Virus record (IMG/VR): IMGVR_UViG_3300024262_006558
Span: 186,001 to 250,000 of that record
DNA: 64,000 nt
Strand: one strand, 5' to 3'
Positions within the stretch are counted from its first letter, which is position 1. Each line of letters starts with the position of its first letter. The notes beneath the pieces were generated by a model that did no database searches, was not told the origin of the DNA, and saw only the letters and a list, made by a program, of their open reading frames with translations. Shown here in pieces: positions 30,550 through 41,455 of the stretch. The translations under genes were made by a program, and so were the position numbers.

Positions 30550-30867
30550 ATGAATAAGTATCAAACACTAATTCAACAATTAGAAGAAAAAGGAGAAGGA
30601 GAAATGACCTGTTTTGGTCAGAGTATGAAACCTATCCTAAAAAGCGGAAGCACGCTTAAATTCAAGAAGCAGGAAACCTACGAAAAAGGTGATATTGTAT
30701 TCTGTAAAGTCAAAGGGCGATTTATAGACGCTCACAAGATCATTAAGACTAATAAGGTGAAAGGTTTTCTTATAGCCAATAATCAAGGTTGGGAAAATGG
30801 GTGGACTACAACTATTTACGGACGAGCAGTAGAAGCAACTCACAAAGGAGAAAGTAAGAAATTATGA
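30550..30867 (+). CDS. S24/S26 peptidase-like protein
   Basis: GQSMKPIL..KGDIVFCKV..AHKI. Confidence 0.65.
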   Translation: MNKYQTLIQQLEEKGEGEMTCFGQSMKPILKSGSTLKFKKQETYEKGDIVFCKVKGRFIDAHKIIKTNKVKGFLIANNQGWENGWTTTIYGRAVEATHKGESKKL

Positions 30868-31292
30868 GTGAAGAAAGAAAGAGTGTTGATATTAAACAAG
30901 TCATCGTCCTCAGGAAAGATTTAAAAAACCAGGAAGGTCATAAAATTAGAACGGGAAAGCTGGTAACTCAGGGTTCTCACGCCTCTAGTCAAGTGTTCTT
31001 CCAAAGAGGGATTGTAATAGAAGAGGGTGGGAATAAATTCTTAAAAATCCCATTAACCGATGAGATGGGAAAGTGGCTAGAAGACAGGTATGCAAAGATA
31101 ACTCTTAAAGTAGAAAGTGAAGAGCAGCTGCTTGACACCTATCAGCAAGCTCTTGACCAAGGACTTCCTTGCGCTTTAATACAAGATGCTGGTTTAACCG
31201 AGTTTAATGAGCCTACATATACAGCTATTGCTATTGGTCCAGCTCACAAAAATGATCTGGATAAAATTACAGGAGGGTTAAGTCTATTATAA
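30864..31292 (+). CDS. Peptidyl-tRNA hydrolase, Pth2 family
   Basis: KQVIVLRKDL, GKLVTQGSHAS, KITLKV, IQDAGLTEF, TAIAIGP. Confidence 0.9.
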   Translation: MSEERKSVDIKQVIVLRKDLKNQEGHKIRTGKLVTQGSHASSQVFFQRGIVIEEGGNKFLKIPLTDEMGKWLEDRYAKITLKVESEEQLLDTYQQALDQGLPCALIQDAGLTEFNEPTYTAIAIGPAHKNDLDKITGGLSLL

Positions 31293-31871
31293 ATGAGAAT
31301 TCACGCCTTTATTAAAAAATGCATTAAAGACGTTTCTCAGAAAATAACGTCTCTACCAGACCTAGGAGAACATGAGATCTATTGCTGGGAACAGTCATGG
31401 CCAAATAACTCTAAAGGTTTTTCAAATATTGGAGCAGACATGCTAACAACATCTATGAGCTGCGTAATTTCATTTGAGGAAATTTCCTTTGTGTATCACG
31501 ATGATTTTGCTTATGCATGTAAAACAGATAACAGTCTAAAGAAAACCCTTAAAGAAAAGTATATACCTGGACTTGTAGAGACTCATGACGCTAAAATAAC
31601 ATTGATGCAATACAGAGTGCATCCATTTAAATCTTTAGATCACACTAAAAAAAAGCCTCCCCTGTCAATCACATCCAAAAGTGAGTCAACATTAGAGAAG
31701 GTTAAAGGTATAGTTACCATATCCGTTCGAGTTAATACAGAAAAAGCTAAAGAAATATATGAGTCGGAGAAAGAACATAATGATGTGTTTACTAGATCAG
31801 GAATGACTTTCGACCAATGGATAGACCATCAAAAATGGCTAGCTCTTAGAGAAAGAATTAACAAATTATAA
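31293..31871 (+). CDS. Hypothetical protein
   Basis: ORF track. Confidence 0.55.
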   Translation: MRIHAFIKKCIKDVSQKITSLPDLGEHEIYCWEQSWPNNSKGFSNIGADMLTTSMSCVISFEEISFVYHDDFAYACKTDNSLKKTLKEKYIPGLVETHDAKITLMQYRVHPFKSLDHTKKKPPLSITSKSESTLEKVKGIVTISVRVNTEKAKEIYESEKEHNDVFTRSGMTFDQWIDHQKWLALRERINKL

Positions 31872-31932
31872 AACAAATATAAGTTTTATGCGTTATACAA
31901 GTATAAATTATTACACTATAAACCATGAAGTT

Positions 31933-32553
31933 ATGGCAAGACCTGATTTTAACATACCAAACGATTTAGAGACTAAAGATTATAAAAAATTTTTAGACAA
32001 TTTTATCAAAATCCTTAGAGGATACGAGAAAGTAGAGGATAGAGGAGAATTCTACGCTACCATGATGCACAAGTTTAGGAGATATGATTATAATGGCAAT
32101 GAATATTCATTTCACTTAAACATGGTTAAAGATGCGGCTATGAAACACATTAACTTCTTTCCAAAAGAAGTTAGAGGGCATGTTATAGCATCTATTTGGG
32201 TTCACGATATCATAGAGGACTGCGGAGAGACTTATAACAACGTTAAAGATATATGCAGTAGAATGACCGCAGATATTGCCTTAGCCGTCACTAATATTCC
32301 AGATAAAAACAGAGACCTTAGATCGCTAAGAACTTATCCTCACATTATTAAAGAAGGAATTCTTGCAATGTTTGTTAAGTGCTGCGACAGATATGCGAAC
32401 ACTAAATTCTCTAAAGATTCTGGTTCAGGTATGTACAAAAAATATAAATCAGAATATCCAGGTTTTAGAAAAGCATTCCACCAATATTCTCCAAACAATC
32501 CAATATGGAATGATCTGGATGAAATAAACGAATATTCAGATGATAGAGGTTGA
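31933..32553 (+). CDS. HD-domain hydrolase (RelA/SpoT-hydrolase-like)
   Basis: YSFHL, WVHDIIED, VKCCDRYAN; ATG 31933 lies downstream of a motif-C promoter. Confidence 0.75.
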   Translation: MARPDFNIPNDLETKDYKKFLDNFIKILRGYEKVEDRGEFYATMMHKFRRYDYNGNEYSFHLNMVKDAAMKHINFFPKEVRGHVIASIWVHDIIEDCGETYNNVKDICSRMTADIALAVTNIPDKNRDLRSLRTYPHIIKEGILAMFVKCCDRYANTKFSKDSGSGMYKKYKSEYPGFRKAFHQYSPNNPIWNDLDEINEYSDDRG

Positions 32554-32675
32554 AGTTAAAATACTCCCTCATGGACAATGAAAAATGTATAGGCTATAAA
32601 AAGAGTTAAAAATATTGTATAACAAATTTATTCGACATACATTTGTTGTCTCATAATTAATATAAATTAGAAAAC

Positions 32676-33506
32676 ATGTCAGAAATTTCACTACATGAAG
32701 AGCTGAAGCAAACCAAAAAAAAATTTACTAAAAAAAGTTTAATTCAGAAAAATTCCAGCCCAACACTTTTATTAGCTGAAACTAATGAAATTAGGGAAAC
32801 GGAAGCACTTCGAGCAATGGGTCTTGTTCCAGAAGTTGAGGAAGACCTCGCGGAGAGAGGTCGTCAAATTGTTAGGAAAAATTTAGAAGACAAATATGAC
32901 ACTTTATATTCGGGAGAAGAAATAAAAGATCTCTGCATTAAGTATGGATTAAGATTTCTTCCTACAAAACATTATTCTGGACCTCTTACTGAAGATTTCG
33001 GAAACAAGATAGTGGAATTCAATGAAATTCATGGAGTTAATTCAAACTTAAGTGAACATGAGGCTATGAACTATAAAATTTTAGCCCCATCTGAAGCGTT
33101 TGGTAAATCTTCTAGAAAATCACACCTTTCCACGGACCCTATTCTATTCTATAAAGTAGATGATAATGACAATGGAACTTCCAGTCACGATAGTCACACT
33201 AAAGAACAGTATTACACAATCGTTTACGAATGGGGCAATAAATTTAACACATGGAGAATGATTACTTCTTATAAAAACAGAAGTACTGAATCTAATTTAA
33301 TTCACACATTCTTTACAGTATTTTCACTATCCCTAATTGTAGCAGGGCTTATCGGATTTAGATCAACACCAGTAGCAATGGCATCATCTATGGCGGTAAG
33401 TTTTATTGCAACCATAATTAAAATGTCAGCACTCACTGGTTCAAACTCAAGTTTTGGAAATAATATAATAGCAAGAAATTGGAACAAAGAAAAAACAATA
33501 ATATGA
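32676..33506 (+). CDS. Hypothetical protein with two C-terminal TM helices
   Basis: 276 aa ORF; TACATTTG promoter upstream. Confidence 0.6.
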   Translation: MSEISLHEELKQTKKKFTKKSLIQKNSSPTLLLAETNEIRETEALRAMGLVPEVEEDLAERGRQIVRKNLEDKYDTLYSGEEIKDLCIKYGLRFLPTKHYSGPLTEDFGNKIVEFNEIHGVNSNLSEHEAMNYKILAPSEAFGKSSRKSHLSTDPILFYKVDDNDNGTSSHDSHTKEQYYTIVYEWGNKFNTWRMITSYKNRSTESNLIHTFFTVFSLSLIVAGLIGFRSTPVAMASSMAVSFIATIIKMSALTGSNSSFGNNIIARNWNKEKTII

Positions 33507-33823
33507 AAAAAGATATCTTAAAGCAATTTATTGAAAGACGTGGGATATTTATGTATTATGCATTCTTCATCCTATTGTCAACAGCATCCTTTCTAGGAAT
33601 AAGATGGACTAAGTATAAAACTAATCCTGATGTTTATTCAGAAACAGTAGAAAGGCAAATACCTGAAAATCAACTTGAATCTAGAGTCAAGAACCCTCAA
33701 AGTAATAGAAATTATTTTGAGACCGTTGAAATTGTATACGTTACTGAAGCGTTAAATTTTCCCAACGTTATAACAAGGGAAAAGGAACAAATAGTTAAAG
33801 GCGGGAAGTCGAAACCTAAATAA
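33479..33823 (+). CDS. Membrane-anchored hypothetical protein
   Basis: Single TM segment. Confidence 0.5.
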   Translation: MEQRKNNNMKKDILKQFIERRGIFMYYAFFILLSTASFLGIRWTKYKTNPDVYSETVERQIPENQLESRVKNPQSNRNYFETVEIVYVTEALNFPNVITREKEQIVKGGKSKPK

Positions 33824-33889
33824 GTTTCTATTTTAGCAACATTTTATACTATAATTACGTTATATAATTAGAAACTAACTTATAAAATT

Positions 33890-34108
33890 ATGTTGATAAC
33901 CGAAAATAACGAATTATATTACCCTAATCCAGATGGAACAATACAACTAGGTCAAGTAATAGCTCCTCCAGCTAATGTAACATGGACTCTGTGTACTATT
34001 AAAATAGACGATGGGCATTATGGTATTTATCCAGGAGAAGCTATTCTTAAGGCTCAGCTACAAATTATGGCCGAAGAAGAAGGTTTAGAAAATAAAGAAG
34101 TTAATTAA
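33890..34108 (+). CDS. Hypothetical protein
   Basis: Follows a motif-C promoter; terminator at about 34162-34199. Confidence 0.55.
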   Translation: MLITENNELYYPNPDGTIQLGQVIAPPANVTWTLCTIKIDDGHYGIYPGEAILKAQLQIMAEEEGLENKEVN

Positions 34109-34428
34109 GTTTTTGAATATATTGACATATTTATATAAGCATTCAGGCTTTCACAACTTTGAAAAAGCTCTAACCTTAAAAAGTTAGAGCTTTTTTTTTA
34201 CTTTAAATCAGGGTTGTGCTATATTTACAATATGGAATTAAATAAAGAAATCTCAACACATGTAACAGGTAAGTATGAAGAATGGTTAAGTAGCGCAGCT
34301 TTAAACGACTTTCAGAAAGAAGAAATAGCCTTAATAGTTAGCATGGCTTATTCGGATGGTAAATCAAAAGGTAAAAGAGAGGGCAGCATAATGTCCAATA
34401 AAATAGGACCTTACCTTAATAGGTAATA

Positions 34429-35382
34429 TTATTTATTAATATCATCTTTATTTTTTACAGAACGTAATTCATCAAGGAAATCTAAAATACAGCATGTAGA
34501 AAGCAATAAGAAAGAAAAAGGTCCAAATAAAAAAAAGATAGCACACCCAAACATGACTTCATCATCCTCCCAATTTACAAAACCATTAACCCACACTAAT
34601 GCAACAGACATAATGCTAAAAAATAAATATATAATAGAAAATTCTATAAAACTCATATCTGTTTTTTTCTAAAATCTACATATCTTGTAACTTCCTCTCC
34701 TAACAAAACAGGGAAGACAGCTATTCCAAATATAATTAGAATTATACATAATAAAGCGTGGAAAAAATACCCTCTAAACGCCCACTCCGCAGGTCCAGTA
34801 CTAACGTATATCATGACTATAGACATTAATCCAAATACTAAGTCCAAACACGCTAATTCTTGCCAAATATTCATTTCTTTTTGCTTTTTATCTCATTTAT
34901 GCATTCTTGCGCGTCGTCATCTTCAATCCATGATAATAAAATCATAGGCACCACAAAAAAACCCATGATAATATAAATAGGAATAATCAAAAACAGATAA
35001 GGCCATTTTTTAACCTCTTCCCAATCTCCCCATATAAAAATAAATGTAGAAATACACCCAGCTAACAAGTAAAGAGAAAGTATAATGTAAATAAAGATTA
35101 ACATTCCCACCATTTTTTCTTAGTAAACAACAGATTAATAAAAGGCTTTACTACAGCATCATACAAAATAGCGATTAAAACAATATACCCTAACCCTAAA
35201 GACCCTATCAACATCACCCATTGAGGGTAAGGGTCAGTTTTTATCTTTTTATGCAACCCGTCTTCATCAGGGAATAAAAGTGTAGCCAGGTAAATCGCTA
35301 TCTTTTTAAAGCAAAACCCCATGAACCCAGATATGAAATGCCATATAAATATTGTTAACCACATATATTCTAATTTAACCAA
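34429..35382 (-). CDS. Four consecutive small two-TM membrane proteins (35098-35382, 34871-35113, 34653-34874, 34429-34656)
   Basis: Overlapping start/stop codons; each 73-94 aa with two hydrophobic helices. Confidence 0.6.
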
Positions 35383-35444
35383 AACTTTAAAGGTAAATAT
35401 ACTAATTTATTTGACATTTACCATAAGTATATCGATATTGAATT

Positions 35445-35933
35445 ATGAAAAAGACATTCTTTTGGCTTTCTATTTTAATTATGTTACTAGTAAGTTGTGC
35501 AGATAAAGTGATCACAGCCACATACACGTCAGATAAATATTTATACGAACAAACATTTAATTTGCCATATGTTGTCATCTATCAATCGCAAATAGACAGT
35601 AATGAATACGTATTCTGGAAAGACTCTTGCTCTCATGAATTAAATCTAAATATAAAACAGGTTAACCAAAGATTTGGATCATGGTTTATAGATACTAATG
35701 GAGACGCTAATTTAGACCAAATGAAGACCTATATAATTGGATCAAAAGGCACCTTCACAGTTTTACAGACATATTACACAACAGTAAACTATTCATACAG
35801 TAAGTATACACAGGATATGGTAACAACATATTTTGCAGAGGCAGATTCAATCCTGCAAATAGGAATTATGCACATGAAGAGTGATCTTGAAATAAAAATA
35901 GAGAATGATAGTTTAGAATTAATTACTCGTTAG
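35445..35933 (+). CDS. Putative lipoprotein
   Basis: MKKTFFWLSILIMLLVS-C lipobox. Confidence 0.65.
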   Translation: MKKTFFWLSILIMLLVSCADKVITATYTSDKYLYEQTFNLPYVVIYQSQIDSNEYVFWKDSCSHELNLNIKQVNQRFGSWFIDTNGDANLDQMKTYIIGSKGTFTVLQTYYTTVNYSYSKYTQDMVTTYFAEADSILQIGIMHMKSDLEIKIENDSLELITR

Positions 35934-36789
35934 ACTTCCCCATTTCATTAGCCAATTCTTCTCTGACATCCGTCATTCCATGCATGCTATGGAATCGGAA
36001 CCAGTTATTCTTTACTATTCTTATATAGTTTTCCTTTTCCATATAAGCAAACTCTTTAGCTAACAAACTTATATACCTTTCTGGGAAAAAAGTTTTAAAA
36101 TTAGCATGAGTTAACATGCTCCTATTATTTATTTTATTTTTTAATATCTTAATTAAATTATCAAATAAATATTTTTCTTGAGTTTTAAAAGAAAGAGTAA
36201 GAAGACTCCTGATATCTTTTGAAGTCAGACTCTCATTAACCGAGTTCCACTCCAAAAAAACATCTATTAATTCTTTGTATTTACTCTCATTGTAAGGGAT
36301 AAGTTTATCATCATTTTTGTTCATCTTATCAATAGCCGACGAAAATACGCGAACCACTTTATCCTTTAATGTGAGTTTCATGCCAAGTAAATGGATGCTT
36401 TTACTTACGCCAGTCTCTATATTTAATAAATCTTTATATTCACTAGCAATATGCTGAGCGCCATCTATATCACTATGAAGGATAGCCTTAATAAATAACT
36501 CAACCTTATCATCCCACAATAAACCAGTCTCCTCCTCATAAGTCGGAGTCCACATATTAACTAATTTAACAAAACCTTGCTTCTCCCATAAGAGAAGCAA
36601 GGTTTGTAAATTGGGTTTTATATTTAATTCGCTAGAAAACTCTAGTAAAAAATCTTCTGAAAACTGCTTTATAGCACTCACGCTCAACTGACTTAGGTCT
36701 ATTATATCAGAATTACATCTAATCATCTCTTGAGCCTGCTCAAACTCTCGACCCATACTAACCTCTATTCTTAAAATAACCTTTTCCAT
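35923..36789 (-). CDS. Hypothetical protein
   Basis: 288 aa ORF. Confidence 0.6.
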   Translation of the reverse strand: MEKVILRIEVSMGREFEQAQEMIRCNSDIIDLSQLSVSAIKQFSEDFLLEFSSELNIKPNLQTLLLLWEKQGFVKLVNMWTPTYEEETGLLWDDKVELFIKAILHSDIDGAQHIASEYKDLLNIETGVSKSIHLLGMKLTLKDKVVRVFSSAIDKMNKNDDKLIPYNESKYKELIDVFLEWNSVNESLTSKDIRSLLTLSFKTQEKYLFDNLIKILKNKINNRSMLTHANFKTFFPERYISLLAKEFAYMEKENYIRIVKNNWFRFHSMHGMTDVREELANEMGKSNE

Positions 36790-36858
36790 AAGAGCAAATA
36801 TATAGAAACTAAACTAAACTTTCAAAAGTCAAAGTTAAATACTATCTTTACTTAATAG

Positions 36859-37299
36859 ATGGGAAGAAAATTGTTTTATGTAAACGCTCCTAGTAATGCG
36901 GAGATAATGAACTGGCACAAGCAAGGTCAGATGCAAATAAAGATACCATCCAGGCCCGCTACGGACATCTCTCTTCTAACCGAGAAGATTGTATCAAAGG
37001 AAGATATGGAGAGCATGTACGCATGGGCATTTGGCTCAAACTGGAGAATGGAGATACAGTGGAAAGACTTATCGCTATTTGTTGGAACAAAAAGATCATT
37101 CTTCACTAAGAACATTGGATTGTTTGAAATAATAGAGGCGGAGTGGTGGTGGACGCTAAATGTCGTAAGCGAAAACAAAGACCTAATAAAGATAACGCAC
37201 CAAATCTGGACATATTTCAAAAATAAAGCATCACAACAATCAAACTACATAATCTCTAGGAAAAATTATGAGGAAACAGTTTTACATACAACCAAGTAA
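36859..37299 (+). CDS. MRKxFY-family protein
   Basis: MGRKLFYV. Confidence 0.7.
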   Translation: MGRKLFYVNAPSNAEIMNWHKQGQMQIKIPSRPATDISLLTEKIVSKEDMESMYAWAFGSNWRMEIQWKDLSLFVGTKRSFFTKNIGLFEIIEAEWWWTLNVVSENKDLIKITHQIWTYFKNKASQQSNYIISRKNYEETVLHTTK

Positions 37300-37729
37300 T
37301 TTAAGCTTCATAGCAAGAAGGCACACAGGTAATATGTACTCCCTGGAAAAGGATGTGAGAAACTTCTATGAAGATCATGTAACCTGGAAAGTAATAGACG
37401 TACTAATGTCTTGGGCGGCTCAAAACAAAGAATGGTACAAGATGGGGCATAATGAATTTAAAAAAGCTTTTCATTCTCACGCCAAACCAATTAACCACAT
37501 CCCTAAAAACGCCAGCGTAAATATAGGGCTCAAACAAGTCGAAACCGCTTATTTCTCATACTTGCTAAGCCCAAAAAGAATTAGCATAGAAGAAGAAAAG
37601 AAGTACTATATCACAAAGTCCCTGAAAAACGCAGAGCGAATTCGCGACCATATTTTTTTTAGGCAATTCTTTAGATATCCAAAACAAAAATCCTATATTT
37701 ACTCAAAATATATTAACTATGTCAAATAA
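37268..37729 (+). CDS. MRKxFY-family protein
   Basis: MRKQFYIQP. Confidence 0.7.
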   Translation: MRKQFYIQPSNLSFIARRHTGNMYSLEKDVRNFYEDHVTWKVIDVLMSWAAQNKEWYKMGHNEFKKAFHSHAKPINHIPKNASVNIGLKQVETAYFSYLLSPKRISIEEEKKYYITKSLKNAERIRDHIFFRQFFRYPKQKSYIYSKYINYVK

Positions 37730-37982
37730 AACCGAAGTATTTCAATATACCATAACAGGAATGAGCGAACTATCTAATCAGGTAAAAGATGTGTTCCTAT
37801 CCAATATGCTAAAACAAAATATAATTACCAATTCTCAATACGAAGAAATGATTAAGTATTCGGTAATAGCCGCTGAAGAAAAAATGTTAGGTAATATTTG
37901 GAAAAAGCTTTGGTCAAAAGACAAAACAACAACCAAATTAGTGGTGGTAAAAGTAATTCAAGAAATAGAAGAAGAATCATGA
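37719..37982 (+). CDS. Hypothetical protein (no MRKxFY motif)
   Basis: ORF track. Confidence 0.55.
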   Translation: MSNKTEVFQYTITGMSELSNQVKDVFLSNMLKQNIITNSQYEEMIKYSVIAAEEKMLGNIWKKLWSKDKTTTKLVVVKVIQEIEEES

Positions 37983-38284
37983 GAAGATTTATACAAAAAA
38001 ACAAGTTCCCATTTGTACTAATAGGAATAAATGTAGGTATATATTTTTTGTTCGGAGGGTTTTTTAGCCTATTCATAGCATTAGCAATAATAGGAATGAT
38101 AATCTGGAAAAAGTAAATATATGAACCCTGCGCTAATACTAATTATTTATACGTTTGCAATATTGTCTAATTTATTGCCCCTACTTAAACGTAACAACCT
38201 TAAAAAATTCTGGGTAAACTGGCATTCGACACTACTCGGATATTTCATGTTTATGTTTTCCGTTAGAATAGTATCTTACATATT

Positions 38285-38500
38285 TTGAGAAAACTGTTCT
38301 ACATAAGACAAGGAGGCAATGCTATACCATACTACATCACAAGAGCAAAAGAGTTAAACGCGATTATACTTGCTCACAGAAGAGGAGGGTCAAGAGTTAG
38401 AGCCGCTATGCTAAGCATATCCTTCTATAAAGCTAAAGATGAAGCAAGAAGAGATAATTATTCAGAATCATTAAAAATTCTTATGAAACATGGGCTCTAG
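38285..38500 (+). CDS. MRKxFY-family protein
   Basis: TTG start, MRKLFYIR. Confidence 0.65.
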   Translation: MRKLFYIRQGGNAIPYYITRAKELNAIILAHRRGGSRVRAAMLSISFYKAKDEARRDNYSESLKILMKHGL

Positions 38501-38717
38501 AAAACTATTCTACATAGGATCTAAAAAAGCTCCATCAAAAGAAACAAAGGTGTTCAAAAAGATTGTGTGCAACTGTTCAGAATGCCCATTAGTCTCCAGA
38601 ATCGCTATACCCCATAAAGGAATGCTAAATGAAATGTATAGATGCGAAGAACTAAACATCAATCTATATGCGGCTAAAAATACCATACACCCAGATTGTC
38701 CACTAGATAAAAAATGA
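38490..38717 (+). CDS. MRKxFY-family protein, Cys-rich (possible zinc binding)
   Basis: MGSRKLFYIG; CNCSECP...C...HPDCP. Confidence 0.7.
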   Translation: MGSRKLFYIGSKKAPSKETKVFKKIVCNCSECPLVSRIAIPHKGMLNEMYRCEELNINLYAAKNTIHPDCPLDKK

Positions 38718-39043
38718 GAAAGCAGTTTTATATTTCAAATGGGTGGAGTATATACCACATCATAGTAACAATAACTCAAGAAGGCGGGGGTCACGCCTTT
38801 GACTTGGAAGTGTATGCTCAAAATGAAAGTGGAGCAAGAAATAAAATATACAAAGAAGTGTTAGGAGTTTCCGATGGAGAAAAAGAAGGGGATACATTCG
38901 AATATAAAGGAATCACGTTCACGGACCCATGCCACATAAGTTTCAAAAAAGGACCGCTTAATAAATTGAGGAGCCCGCTAGATGCATCCTCTACTTCAGA
39001 CGAAAACTATTACCCTGGAGGTGAAGAATATGATATAAATTAA
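38714..39043 (+). CDS. MRKxFY-family protein
   Basis: MRKQFYISN. Confidence 0.7.
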   Translation: MRKQFYISNGWSIYHIIVTITQEGGGHAFDLEVYAQNESGARNKIYKEVLGVSDGEKEGDTFEYKGITFTDPCHISFKKGPLNKLRSPLDASSTSDENYYPGGEEYDIN

Positions 39044-39092
39044 TATGGAAAAGATTATTGACATTGTCCTCTAAATTCCGTATTTTTGCCGA

Positions 39093-39308
39093 GTGAGGAA
39101 ACTGTTCTACTATTCTATGTCATACAATATCAGAGTCGAAGTTAGACCCAAAAGAGGAGGCGTTCCAGAAAATATCATTTTCAAAAATGTAGAAGGAATA
39201 AACCCAGACGAAGCCATAAAGAACATTAAATCTACGGCTCTAGATATCGCAGAAGACCTAAAAGACTTCTGGGAATGTAGAGTAGTGGTTAAATACTTCA
39301 TAGTATGA
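39093..39308 (+). CDS. MRKxFY-family protein
   Basis: GTG start, MRKLFYYS; TATTTTTG promoter-like site immediately upstream. Confidence 0.65.
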   Translation: MRKLFYYSMSYNIRVEVRPKRGGVPENIIFKNVEGINPDEAIKNIKSTALDIAEDLKDFWECRVVVKYFIV

Positions 39309-39739
39309 GAAAGCAGTTCTATATATCCAATAAAGACAATAGGCTTACAAAGAATTCTTTCTTAGCGGTAAATAGAGCCTTCCTATCGGCTTCCGAGAAA
39401 TTCTATAAGAAAAAGAAAGAACTTCATGAGAAGTTTCCAGCCCTAGAAAAGAAATCTATGAAAGATATATTCAAATGGGCCTTCGCCAATAAAAAACAAG
39501 AGGTATACCTCTTCAATATGGACCAGTTTAGAACAACCTGGAATAATAAGTTTCCAAAATCTAAACTGTCTAAAGGTAAAGCTGGAGCCCTCTCCGAAGG
39601 AGAGATATCTTTTATAATTAGAGAGTACGTGAGGATTGGCGCCCTAGAGCCAAAGACTCACATAGAACAAGCAATCGATAAAACAATTAAAGTGTCATAC
39701 ATGACGCGCGAAATAATAAACCAATGGAAGAATACTTAA
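39305..39739 (+). CDS. MRKxFY-family protein
   Basis: MRKQFYISN. Confidence 0.7.
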   Translation: MRKQFYISNKDNRLTKNSFLAVNRAFLSASEKFYKKKKELHEKFPALEKKSMKDIFKWAFANKKQEVYLFNMDQFRTTWNNKFPKSKLSKGKAGALSEGEISFIIREYVRIGALEPKTHIEQAIDKTIKVSYMTREIINQWKNT

Positions 39740-40005
39740 TAACCACAGACAACGAACCCCACTACACATGCACCGTAAAAGAAAACGATGTTAAAAAGTT
39801 CACCCTTAAAAAAATTAAATCAGAATCTTTCCATGATGCTGGAGAAACCCTAATAACCATAAAAGATACTGGAGATGGAATTAAAGTAGGTAAACATAGT
39901 TATGAATACCATGAACTGCAAGAACTATACTGCATCCTTAAAGTGGTAATGGAACATAATGATTCAGAATTTGGAGGAGAAGTAAGTCTGTATAAAAAAC
40001 AATGA
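39724..40005 (+). CDS. Hypothetical protein (no MRKxFY motif)
   Basis: ORF track. Confidence 0.55.
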   Translation: MEEYLITTDNEPHYTCTVKENDVKKFTLKKIKSESFHDAGETLITIKDTGDGIKVGKHSYEYHELQELYCILKVVMEHNDSEFGGEVSLYKKQ

Positions 40006-40211
40006 GGAAGCTATTCTATATAAAGCCCTCTAAGAGAACTTTTAGCTTTAAAGCCGCTATGAGCTGGGATGAATATGGAAACCCTTTATTCGACTACCTT
40101 GAAACTTTAACGGGGTATTACACAAAGAAGGAAGCAAATAACATATTTCAAAAAAACATTAAAAGAACTTATTCATTAGACCCATTAGATTATTCAATAG
40201 AAGAAGTATGA
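40002..40211 (+). CDS. MRKxFY-family protein
   Basis: MRKLFYIKP. Confidence 0.7.
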   Translation: MRKLFYIKPSKRTFSFKAAMSWDEYGNPLFDYLETLTGYYTKKEANNIFQKNIKRTYSLDPLDYSIEEV

Positions 40212-40507
40212 GAAAACTGTTTTACATAGGACCAAATCCGTTAGCGTATAACATACACATGATATTCTATGTAGCAGATAACTCAGATTTTAGAAATCAT
40301 AATATAGTACATCAACATTGCTTTCCATTTACAACAATTTACTTGCTGGATAAAGTCATGGAAGAATGTAAACCTAAAGCTAAAGAGTTTGCAAGAGAGG
40401 TAGCTGGAGAATGCGGATTCACTCACTACACAATAGATATTTCAATTGGACTCGTAACATTAATTAAAAGCGTCACATTAAAAAGAGAAGAGATATTCAA
40501 GCCATGA
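40208..40507 (+). CDS. MRKxFY-family protein
   Basis: MRKLFYIGP. Confidence 0.7.
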   Translation: MRKLFYIGPNPLAYNIHMIFYVADNSDFRNHNIVHQHCFPFTTIYLLDKVMEECKPKAKEFAREVAGECGFTHYTIDISIGLVTLIKSVTLKREEIFKP

Positions 40508-40800
40508 GAAAACTTTTCTACATAGCGCCAAGATTTAGATTGTATGTGGCTCTAACTACAGATTATATATTCGACATTACAGATGATAGATACTATTTCT
40601 TATGCTACGGACCATTCAATAAAAAAGAAGCTACCGATATATCAATAAGAGAATTAGCTATGCATAAAGATTATATATTCCAAGAAGTGATGGAAGTTGA
40701 GGATTTAACCGATCTAGTTATTCCATATAAACCCTGCTTTTATAAATACCTACTTGGAGAAAGTGTAGAAAAAGCAATAAGCAATATTATATACCTATGA
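40504..40800 (+). CDS. MRKxFY-family protein
   Basis: MRKLFYIAP. Confidence 0.7.
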   Translation: MRKLFYIAPRFRLYVALTTDYIFDITDDRYYFLCYGPFNKKEATDISIRELAMHKDYIFQEVMEVEDLTDLVIPYKPCFYKYLLGESVEKAISNIIYL

Positions 40801-41186
40801 GAAAACAATTCTACATACCATTTACTAAACAAGTATACGATGTTGTATTTAAATGCGAAGGTTATGATGTGTTTATAGGAGGGCATCATGATTTTACAGC
40901 AATAGCTAGCGTAGAATCTCTCAATTGGAAAGATTTAGTAGAAAAACAAAACCACCTTAGCGAAATGCTCGGCTTCATTCCAGGCAATATAGAAATTACC
41001 GACTATTATCTGTACAGCATAAGAAACAAACATGGTGAAAAACTATGGGAAACAACTAGGCCAGATAAAAAACCTACACACCGCGCCTTGCGAATATTTA
41101 AAGAGTACTTGAGCATATTTTACTCACCATTTCTTTTGTTAGCCGTAGGAGCAGCTTATATTTGTAATAGATTTAATAAAAAATGA
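40797..41186 (+). CDS. MRKxFY-family protein with C-terminal TM segment
   Basis: MRKQFYIPF. Confidence 0.7.
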   Translation: MRKQFYIPFTKQVYDVVFKCEGYDVFIGGHHDFTAIASVESLNWKDLVEKQNHLSEMLGFIPGNIEITDYYLYSIRNKHGEKLWETTRPDKKPTHRALRIFKEYLSIFYSPFLLLAVGAAYICNRFNKK

Positions 41187-41455
41187 GAAAACAATTCTAC
41201 TTACAAACAACCGTACCCGTAGAATCGGCGGCTAAAGAATGGATTGAAAGGTGGTCTAAGAAAAACCCATATTTATCCATGGATTACAATGACTATGACC
41301 AGCTATTACAATTAGGCAAGTATATAGAACTAAGGTCTGGAGTAGCAAGCTGCTTAGCAACCCTTGAAGAAATAACGCACAGTTATATATTCCTTAAACT
41401 ACACATACACAAATGGAATAAAGAACAAATAACTATAAACGAAATTATAATTTAA
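41183..41455 (+). CDS. MRKxFY-family protein
   Basis: MRKQFYLQ. Confidence 0.7.
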   Translation: MRKQFYLQTTVPVESAAKEWIERWSKKNPYLSMDYNDYDQLLQLGKYIELRSGVASCLATLEEITHSYIFLKLHIHKWNKEQITINEIII

